A stretch of 64,000 nt of DNA, taken from assembly GCF_963853765.1 (NCBI RefSeq), contig NC_088855.1:51832001-51896000 (forward strand), given 5' to 3'. The stretch is from Magallana gigas. Taxonomy: Eukaryota. The notes below the pieces were generated by a model. It did no database searches. It had not been told where the DNA came from and was given only the letters and a program-made list of their open reading frames with translations. Of the stretch, positions 12,308 to 22,959 are shown one piece after another; position 1 is the stretch's first letter, and every line of letters starts with the position of its first letter. The position numbers and the translations under genes are program-made.

Positions 12308-13881
12308 ATGAAGTTAGACTGGTATTTCACGTGTCTTGGGCCTTCCCACGGCCAACCACACTTGTCAGCATGACAAATACGCCTGTGGAGACGGGGCCTG
12401 CATCCCCGTTAACTGGGTCTGTAATGAAGAAGTAGACTGCAAAAACGATATGGCCGAACAAAATTGCGGTATGTGGCGCTTTTGATACCAGGCTGAAGCT
12501 AGTAGCCACTAACAGCAGGCACTAAGCCCGTAGAAAGTAGCAGCCAATAAGGAAAATCACCGAAGTACTGAGAGTTCTCGAACAAAAAATTATATTTTAC
12601 TTTATTATCGGCATATTTTAATTAATATCAATAAATTTATACATGAATAATATCTAAGAGCATTGACAACTTCGGATGCAGTAAAGTTTGCCTGGATAAA
12701 ATAATAGATGCGTTTGTGTTTGCATTTTCAAAAATTTAAATGGTAAAATAGTCAAAGGCTTTAAGTTAACAGATATGAAATAGACATGAGATTTACAAAT
12801 AAAAGCAATATTTTGATGTCATCTTTTATAAGATGGACTCTTTTTACTCCCTTTAAGTAATTCATACATTGCCATCGATCGGTGTTTAAAAATGATGTTA
12901 CAAAAACCCCTCAAATTCTATAGGTTTAGGAGTTTATAGAATTTTATAGCTATACCTTAATCGACTGCTATAAGTCTGAATAGTTACAGATCATCCAACA
13001 ACTTGTAGCGGTGGTGCATATCAATGCAGCAGCGGCGCATGCGTCCCACACAGATGGCACTGTGACGGGAAATTAGATTGTAATGACGGATCAGACGAGG
13101 AGAACTGTACATCAACAGGTACTTGATAAGACTATAATACATAAAAGATAAAAAAAAAAAACCATTCGGGAGAACACTTTAAACTAATTGGAGTGATTTA
13201 CTTATACTCTTTGTAGTATCGGAAACCACTACCAAATCCACAACTTCGACCATGACGTCATCGATTAGTTCTGTACCGCCATTAACAAGTACAATGCCTA
13301 TATCTTCCTCAACAATTAGTTTGTTGGTACGTGGCGTTATGTAAAAAAGGCACAACTGATTATCACTGTACATTGGGCGTTATACTTTTCGATTTTTAAA
13401 AATTCCTACAAATTGTTTAACTCCTTTTGTTTTATTGTAAGGGACCAGACCCGAACTGCCGGGATGAGCAATTGAACTGTCATGTGTTTGTTACCGACAT
13501 TGACATTTGTTTCATGCCGGCCTCAGCACAGCTTCTGTGTGCATCAACCTGCCATATGTGTAGCGGGTCCTCCGAATCACAAAATCACGTGACAGACCAC
13601 CAAACGACAAAGCATAACCCTGGTCATCCAACAGCTTCAACTCTAACATTGACGACGTCGACTCCAATAACGATGACGACCACAGGGACCTCGCACTCTC
13701 CCTCTATAATACCGCACCTTCCACTAAAGAACCAGCAGCATCAGGCTGTGTAGACGCCGAGGACAACTGTGAGCATCTGGTGAAAACAATCAACATATGC
13801 AGTGACCCTGTAAAAGCAGAGTTCATATGCCAGAGAACATGCAATGCCTGCGGAACTACCGATAATCTGATAATTGGTTAA
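12308..13881 (+). pseudogene. Secreted LDLa-LDLa-Ser/Thr linker-ShK-Thr linker-ShK protein, frameshifted in this assembly
   Basis: Exon ~12304-12468 (CQHDKYACGDGACIPVNWVCNEEVDCKNDMAEQNC, LDL-receptor class A). Exon 12990-13118 ([35 protein letters not shown], LDLa). Exon 13217-13326 (Ser/Thr-rich). Exon 13442-13881 with two 6-Cys ShK-like domains in different frames. AATAAA near 13948. The ATG at 12308 is out of frame with LDLa1. Confidence 0.75.
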
Positions 13882-15319
13882 GATTCAACGATGGTTATTT
13901 TTTATCTAAACATACATGTATAGATATAATTTTATGTAGCTCTAATACAATAAAGAACGCATGTTTAATATCAATGTAAACTTTTTTTTTCCTCAAATTC
14001 ATTTGGAGTCTTTGCGTTTTAAAATATGGTGAAATCATTACACCCTTATAATTGTCAATGCACAGTCATTTTGCGGCTTGATTTTATCATATTATGATGC
14101 AAATTATAAAAATATATTTCGTAGGTTTTAAATGAGCTATTGCAAACCTGTAAAAGTATTTTCAGGGAAAAAAAATCAAACTTAATAGTTTGCAATTTCT
14201 AGTATAAATAATAAAACTATGGGATGTATCAAAATCCGGATTGCCAATTATAATGATGCAGGTAGGCTTATATATATTGCTTATTCAGAAACGCCAAGCA
14301 TTATCAGATATCATATAAAAATCGTCGTCTTATAACTACGAGTACATTGTTACAGTTATCTACGCGATCAAAGCAACACCGCGGACATAAGTCGAGATAT
14401 AAAGTACAAATATTCATGGTTTTTGCAAAATAACCCCCTCGGTCTCAAAATGTTCTTAGAAATTTAAAAGCATCGGCTAGATTATGTAACTATCATATTT
14501 CAAACAAAATTTGAGACCAAGGAGGTTATTTAATACAACATTCACGATAACAAGAGTTTTTTTTTTTACTAGCAGCTCGGATTTTCAACTGATCTTTTCT
14601 CCTGCAGAGAGACAATGTGTAGTTATGTTACGGCTGTTCCGTTTAATTCCAACGGATTTGTTAGCAATATGCCGACGACATATTTTTGATTTTTGGATAT
14701 CTAATACACCTTTTTTCAATAAAATATCGTTGAAACATATTCCTTAAATATTATGAGTAATTTAATACGATTATTTCTACTACGCGTTATCTATTTTAAA
14801 AGTGAAAACAGGTATGGAAATGTGTTAGGGAGGTCCTTAAAAGAGCCGCATAGAGCTCTTTGAAATAAGCAGTTTGAGACAACCCAGATCGTTTTTAGAT
14901 GACATTTACATGATTTTAAAAACCGTGTACTTTTGATCTGATAATTCACTGATGACGTTTGTGGTATATTGGAAAATAATTTTTTAGTAAATTATCAGAT
15001 CAGAAATAATAATTTGCACTGATAATTAAAGTATAACTTAAAATTGTAAAAGGTTTTAAAGCACTATCAATATTACGTCTTCTATAATGCCTAAATGTGG
15101 CTGTTTAAAGAGCCCCCAAGCACACTTGCCCTGCATCCTCTTCATATTTAAGATATAAAAGAATAGTAAAAATGGCATTATATTATCTCTAAAATTTAAA
15201 GTTATCTGTTCCAAAGATATTTTTATAAAGAAGAGAAGCGTAGTTCATATCCAGCAAAATAGTAATATGTCGTCTTCATATCAGATCGGTAGCCTGTGAC
15301 CGATACTCATTCTAACAAA

Positions 15320-15510
15320 CCTTTGGGGTTACACAGAACGGCATTCTTAATGACCAATAGTTCGTCTCTCTATTGGAAAATCAGCCGATGAACGATCTGT
15401 GATGTTAGTAAAAAAACCTTTGGGGTTACACGGAAGACCATTCTTAATGACCAATAGTTCGTCTCTCTATAGGAGAATCGACCAATGAACGATCTGTGAT
15501 GTTAGTAAAA
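15320..15510. repeat. Tandem duplication of about 98 bp
   Basis: Two adjacent copies starting CCTTTGGGGTTACAC and ending GAACGATCTGTGATGTTAGTAAAA. Confidence 0.85.
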
Positions 15511-15688
15511 TAGAAATAAAGTCTTGTTGTCGTGAATACTGCAGGATAAACTCTCCCCGAACTGCAAAATATATGCAATAGGATTTAACAGAAAAAAAAT
15601 TAATGAGAAAATGCACATCCGTGACAAAGAACTTTATTACATGAAGTCCAATAACATCTCTACATTATCATGATGTATCATTTCACTT

Positions 15689-16361
15689 TCATTTTCTGGA
15701 TTTACACGACGCTTCCAGCTCTGCCCATTGGTCTTTGTCGCATACACACACAACGTTCTCCGACATCGCATATTCCTCTTCGTATCGGACAACAGTTCCA
15801 TCGGGGGCTTTGCAGTTCTGACCTGTTAAAGAAAGACAGTATAATAAAAAAAATACCGTAAGACTAGTAAATGATTAAAAACGAAATATACGTTTTATAA
15901 TCTGTTCAATGCACACCAATTTATAACCTCAATGATATACCTCTTATATCTATATGTATGTACGAATTATACATGCACGCATATCAAACGTATACCATTT
16001 AGTAATATTTTGCATACTACGAATGTAAAATATCAAAAGAGAAACCGATAACAGGCAGATATAAGATGTGTTGGAACATTGGTCGCTTACCGTTGGGACA
16101 CATTGGACAGCAGTCCCCTGGTCGGCGGATTTTATCGACGCATGGGTAGTCAAAACACTTAGTCTCAGTACATTCCATTTCCCCATCACCTGCACAAACA
16201 CATTCTTTACAGTCATGCGTTTTGAAAGATCCTGGTGGATACTCAATGCCTTTATAAGTACAATTCCTCGACTTGGTTCCTACTTGGGCTTCAAATCCCC
16301 GCGGAACGCTTCCAGTTTCGATAAACAACGTTAGCAAAATGAAGACTCCAATGGAACCCAT
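15689..16361 (-). CDS. Small secreted single von Willebrand factor type C (VWC) domain protein (about 134 aa, 2 coding exons)
   Basis: Exon 16361-16091 (MGSIGVFILLTLFIETGS signal; CTYKG...CKECVC...C...C...CVD...PGDCCPMCPN). Phase-1 intron. Exon 15822-15689 (GQNCKAPDG...VVCVCDKDQWAELEASCKSRK*). Confidence 0.9.
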
Positions 16362-18468
16362 TTTAGACAAAATAAGTTTTAAAACGGGTCTGAAAGCTTC
16401 ATATCCATGCCTAAAACATCTTAAAGAACACCCACATGTCTCGAATCAATCTCTCATTTAAGCCAATTTCTGTGCTTGCGTCACATGTTTTTGATTCTTG
16501 TTTCACATCAATGACAATGACAACGAGTTATATCTATATCACATCGAGTAGTTTTGGCAAAGCTTTCCTAACAATAGAAAGATACAATAGAAAACTGTGT
16601 AAATCAGATGGGACAAACTGATATGAATTCAATCAATGAGGACACAAAATGCAAAGAATAAAAACATTCGGGAAATTTGACATACGTGTCTGTACAAAAG
16701 ATATCAAATTTTAAAACCATTCAATTTTTTACAATGTTATATAATCGCTTTTCTAATATGACTTTGTAACATTTGATCAACACACACTTAGGCAAAAGAA
16801 GGGCTAATATCAGTGTAACACACAACATCGATATCTAATTGTTCAAAAAATAAGTTAAAGGCAATTCATGTACTATATTAAACGCCTTAAGAAAGTTTTA
16901 AACAAAAAATTGTTATTTACGAGTGGAGGAAATTTGTACAAGTACACGAGCGGAAAAGTTAAAACCGCGTAAAATGCTCCCGCGGCGTATGTTTAAAAAA
17001 TCTAAAATTTTGTCTTGTTAATCATAAATAATCACTTTTACATTACGTATTTGCAACAAAAGACTTTTAAAGGAGGTTGGGTGTTCAACAAATTAATCAT
17101 CAGATCAGCCTAAAACTTGAACATATGATATTTTTTTTTATTTCAGACTATAATTTAGGTAAGAAAAATCAAAGTATTTTACTGTATCTTTATAAAGAGC
17201 TTTTCGTATGAAGGAGGTACATAAAGCCTAAAAATAGCTAGGACCATCCACCCCTATAAGACAGGGACCGGAAAAAAAGAAAACAGATTAAAACAATAAG
17301 TATTTCTGAATAAAGCTACGTACATCTGTATAATAGACACTGTGACTCTTGATGAAAATAAATAATGAAATGACAGTATAGCTGGCAGCGATTTCACCAA
17401 GGCACTGATATCATAGTCAACAAAGTAATTAAATAGTAGCACTTTCACTGGGTTGTCACTGACAAACAATGTTAATACTATCTTATCAAAGACATAAACA
17501 GCCAAAATCGATTGCATCAAAAAGTAAAGTAATAGGCTTCACTGAAATTTCACAAAGAGCTCTTTGAACATTTGATGAATTGATTGAACAAACAAAAAAC
17601 CACTGGCTTACTCAGAACCATAGCATCAATGTGCAATAACCTTTCAATTCAGAAATTTTATTTACACTATTTTAAAAAGAATTAATTATGTAATTAATAC
17701 TTTTGGAAAGTCACAAGTAATTGTTAGCAAAAAAATAAATAAAAAAATAATGCCATACAAATGATATCGCAACAATAAAAGACACGTGACATAATATTGT
17801 AGTAAAAGTAAATTGTCCCAAGTCAAAACATGCATATGTGCAAGGAAGATAGATGAGTACGGCTTATCTCACGTATAACTTGATATTGCTAAATATGATA
17901 CAATGTAGCATATATAACTATTTTTCTTTTCATGATGCTGTAAAATATATACATTAAGCTTGCCTTAAATGCTGTAGATTTTGTAAATTTAAAGCTACAA
18001 ATTTGTGTCTACTTATAATCAAAATCAAATCATGTCTCTGTTCTGTTCTTTAAAAAATCACATAACATAAACATACTTTGAATTTTATCAGTGTCCATTT
18101 CCTGCGACCACATGTAGAAAAAAATGTCAATCTTCAATGCTACATCTTTATACTCGTTTATGTAATAAGGTTCATGTTGTCAGTCTTTCTGTTTTAAACT
18201 TCCCTTTTCTTTTATCAAATCTGATTAAAACAGACATTATTCTATTTGTTCATATCAATGGGTATATAAAAACATCTTAAATATGTATAAAAATGTTTCA
18301 CTAAAATGAAAAGAAAAATCCCATGTAGAATAACCAAAAAATATCAATTTCATTTACAACAACAACAACAAAAATCACGTTGAATTTTAAATAATGACAT
18401 TTGTTGAGATCTCTCTTCCTTCATCAGAAAAGTCAGCTGATTACAACATGGGTGGTTTCAGCTGTTTG

Positions 18469-20935
18469 CTAATCTTTGTCCCTTTTCCACACTTCAAAAA
18501 GAAAAAAAATCATTTGTAATATTTTTGCTGTAAAGAGATATCATGCCTGTCAGTTACTTTTGAATCTTTGTAGGACCTAAAAACATCTTCCATAAACAAC
18601 ATTAAGTCAAATAACCTTATTTAAAAATAACAATGCACACAAAAAAATATTCGTCATCGTTTAAATTTCGTTAAATTTAATATCGTTGCCAATTTAAGAG
18701 TTTGCCAATCCAAAACAAGTATTTAAAATCTCTGTTAATTAGATAGAGTTTTCATTCCTATCTGTCTATGGGGCGAATTCAAGATGGGGCGAAAACGTTT
18801 GAAAATGTAGAAGGGCAAAAAAACCAATGGGTACATTAATCTTTTATGCTGTGTAACATTTTTTATATTTAAAATTCTAGTTTAGGTCGTCTTACTCTCA
18901 ATCCTAGCGTTGTATTCCTCCAGTCGTTCCTCTCGTGTTGTGCGTTCCCAGCTGTTATTTTTGTTCTGCATCTCCTCCTCCTTTTGATTATCTGATGCTG
19001 TTAACACAAATATGAAAACACTTCTAATTTTAAGATTTTTAGGATGAAGGTGAACAAGACTTCCTTCTCAATTCCACGTATATATTTCTTTCAATTCTAA
19101 TGAGAAATGTACTTACATGATGATATACTCTCTGCGGGTATGAGGAACCTTCTTGGTAAAAAGGCACCACTATGACCACTATGCTTGTTGCAGTGTTCTG
19201 TGTCAGTCAAAAAGTTGGTAATTATTAGCAATACTGACTGTATATAAGGTTATTATAATCTTCACTCATTTTTTTGAAACAAAAAGAAATTCTTACAATA
19301 TTTGCCACACGTTAGATAAACAGCTTTGTCAGAAACATAGATAGCATATCCCCTTGTAGATTGTTAAAATTGAATGAACCGGAGAGTAACGCGCCATGAA
19401 CACCGTGAAGAAAACCTGTTTTGTTTTGTAATTATAAGCAATGTCTATTTGAAATTCAATACCCTGATTTAAAAATATGTTGAAAAAATATCCTTATAAA
19501 AAGTTAAAGATATTGAAAAATAGTCAAGTTATTGAGGTGATTATAAAAACAACACTTTTATTTATATTTCTAATTCTGGCTGTTAAATGCTTCCAAAGTG
19601 TTCTCGCTAAAGAAAACAAACCAATTAATACATTTTTATCTTTTATTTATAAATCAATTAAACTAGGCAAAGAATTCTTGGACTAATCCATCAAAACAGA
19701 TCAAATACACGTGCTGGTTCTTTTTATTTTTATTTGCATCGCACATGCGATAGGTAGTTTTTCTGCGCTGCCAAAAATATTTTTATTTGATAAAAATTTA
19801 GTATGATCGAAATATTTTGCAGAACCCTTGTCTACTTTGGTAAAGGTATATAACTTATTAATAGAACATGCTTGTTTGAAAATTTCTTTGACACTATAGA
19901 TCTATTACCTAAATGTTTAGAGTATGCAGCAATACTGTGCCAGATAAGTATGACAAAAATTATTTTCCTTTCAGATAATAATTTCTACAGTTAAATATAC
20001 CACCTGTCAGGTGAGACACACTGAAAACAAAAGTGGCTATATACTCAAAACAATTTATGGTCTCTTATTGGGTAAAAATGGATTTTCATGAAACAATATA
20101 TTAGATTAATGTCCATTTTAAATGGATGCAAAAATACCCCCCCCCCCCTTGGCACTGGCATAATTATCCGGCATAGTGTTGTATACATTTATTTACATAT
20201 GCATATAAGTAAACAAAACTTGCTTTCCATCCTTGATTTGTACTGTTCCAAGCGCTCCTCTGTCGTGCGTTCGCGGCCGATGTGTTTCGGAACGTCGTCA
20301 GACTCTTTTATATCCGATGCTAAATGAAAAAGATAACCACATGTGTTATTAAATATATACGAAACACCATAAACATACCTTACATGAACATCTCCTATTG
20401 CTTCTAACAGCCCATCAGCAACCTTTGACATATTTACAGTGTTTTCTGATACAAATAGCGCCGCTTATTTGGTATGTATTGTTATGTTCTTTCACGATCT
20501 TATTACCAAAAAATGTACATGCATAAATATCGACGATACAATTTTTAAGAGAAACAGCAAAACACATGCCTGAAAAACAATGACAAACATTGATAACTGA
20601 CTATTTGAACAATTGTTATTTGACTATAGTTTTTGCAATATTTTACTTTCTAATCTGGCATCATGTTGCATTTTTCGTTCCTCCCTGGCAATGTCCCTTT
20701 TAATGATTTTGTTTTGCATCTCTTCGTCGTTCTGGTTGTCAGATGCTAAGAATATAAAAAATGATGACCAGGTTCAGACAGTGGCGGCTCCATAGTGGCA
20801 TCAGATTACTTACGCAAGCAGAGTCCAAATCAAGAAGATACATACATGATGAGGTTGTTGATGGGGGAACAAGAAATCTCCGACGTAAAAAGGCGCCATT
20901 ATGTCCATTGTATCCATTGTATCCATTGTAGGAAT
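18469..20935 (-). CDS. Array of paralogous phase-1 exons; candidate C-terminal extension of the T-box gene or a separate small gene
   Basis: A1 20935-20846 (90 nt), B1 20745-20647 (99), B2 20319-20224 (96, GC donor), A3 19197-19117 (81), B3 18997-18896 (102), putative terminal exon 18491-18469. All five array exons are 3n long, phase 1/1, open and bounded by AG/GT(GC). A1 resembles A3, and B1, B2 and B3 resemble each other in translation. Confidence 0.65.
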
Positions 20936-21442
20936 CTGAATGGGCAAGGTTTTATTAAAAGTACACAACACTCTTATATTTTATTATCAAAACGATGCAA
21001 TGGAATTCGAAAATTTGAAAACAAAGTTGGAACCTCTGCATTTTCGCTTAAAGAGGATACCTCCCATTTCCCCTTTAGTCTTGTCTCATAACGAAATGAA
21101 AGAAAAAAGACACAGTATTCTGAATTATGACATGGAACAATCATAACTGTAGTTTGTCGTAGAGTTAGTTAAAAAGAAGATATGTTCTTGGCGAAATATT
21201 AATGTTAAGAAAGAAGGTATTAGTGTTTGATTAGTGTCTTTAATCTTTCTTTAAATGCATGGAATTCGTTTACAAAGTACGGTGATGTTAAAGATAAGCT
21301 TTGAAATTTCTTCTTATTAACTCTCTATGACAAATTCAAAATACTTGCTTTCAAGTGATTGCAAATTCAAAATACTTGTTTTCAAGTGATTGCAAAAAAA
21401 GTAAACGGAGGCAAAAATGAGGAAGCAAACCGACATTGTCCA

Positions 21443-22922
21443 TTAACTCAAAAGAGTGCAAAAACCTTGTTCACAGATGTTGCCGTTCACGTGTGGAAAG
21501 ATGGGTAAAGGGACGTTCATTTCAATGAAGCTCATGGCTAGAGGACCTGTAAATACAAGTACAATGATGTCTAGAAGATCGATGTTATATTAATTGATAA
21601 TGCAGGTAAATACAGTTTAACTTGTATACTTTACGGAATTCTTATAACAAACTACAGTATACATGTATTTCACGACAATTATTTTCAACAATTCCCCTTC
21701 TGTATGCAATCACTTTGTGCGGATATACATAAAGTGGTTTACTATATTTTTTTTAATGAACCTACGACGTAAACAAATTCTTTAAACAAACGAATATTTG
21801 TTTAATGAATCTATGACGTAAACAAATTCGTTACATAAGCTGTTGGTAAGTAATTAGTTTTCATTCTGGAGTAGAAAAATTAAAAATCTGTAATAACGAC
21901 CACCTCCCTGCCTGAAATCTTTCAAAAAGAACTATGAAACCTACAATTTTGGTGAAAAACTTAAAGATCTGGTCTACAAAATCATGAATTCAGTTTTCCT
22001 TTTAGGTGTGTGGGAGTAAAGAAGATAATTTTTAAACACTATATGCATTAACACCTATATATCCATTTTGGCCCTGCCCTAGAGTCAAAACCCATACTCC
22101 AGGGGACATGAAATTTAAAATTTTAGTAGAGGACTTCCTGGTAAACATAATTATGAAGTCAGTTTTTCATACAGATGTGTGAAAATAGAGAAGAAGATTT
22201 TTAAACATTATATGCATTAACACTACATGTATATCCCCCCCCCCCAAGTCCTGAACTCCTGACCCAGGGGCCATGAATTTCAAAATCTTGGTAGAGGAGT
22301 TAGTGGACATCATAACCATGTATTCAGTTTTTTGCCCACATGTGTGGGAGTAAAGAAGAAGATTTTTGAAAATTTGGCCTTGATTTTCTAAGATTTAATA
22401 CATTTTTACTATATGGCCATATTGGCCCCACCCTAGAGCCCGAACCCCTGACACAGCGATCATAAATTTCACAATTTTGGTAGAGGGCTTCATGGACATC
22501 ATAATCATGCATTTAGTTTTTAATAAATATACATGGGAGTAGAGAAGAAGATTTTCCAAGATTTAATACATTTTTACTATATGGCCATATTGGCCCCACC
22601 CTAGAGCCTGAACCCCTGACCCAGGGGCCATGAATTTCACAATTTCGGTAGAGGGCTTCATGGACATCATAACTATGCATCCTGTTGTTTCCTCTCGCAT
22701 GTGTGGGAGTAGAGTAGAAGATTTTTGAAAATTTGGCCTTTTTTGCATATTTGGCCCCGCCCGTGGCACCCCGGGGGTGGTAGAGCCATGAATTTCACAA
22801 TTAAGATTCTTCTTACCATAGAGATGCTTTACACCAAAAATGGTAACGATTGGCCAGGTAGTTTTCAAGAAGAAGGTAAAAATGTAAAATTGTTAACGCA
22901 CGACGACGGACGAAGACCAATT

Positions 22923-22959
<37 letters not shown>

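Noticed and set aside
20384-20445. Possible extra exon between B1 and B2, and the idea that its TGA is selenocysteine
   Set aside because: Every acceptor tested either breaks phase or includes an in-frame TGA. It has no clear similarity to the A exons and no SECIS was recognised; B1 can join B2 directly.
20846-20935. GAFLRRRF as an FLRFamide-type neuropeptide
   Set aside because: No RF-Gly amidation signal with a following basic site and no signal peptide found.
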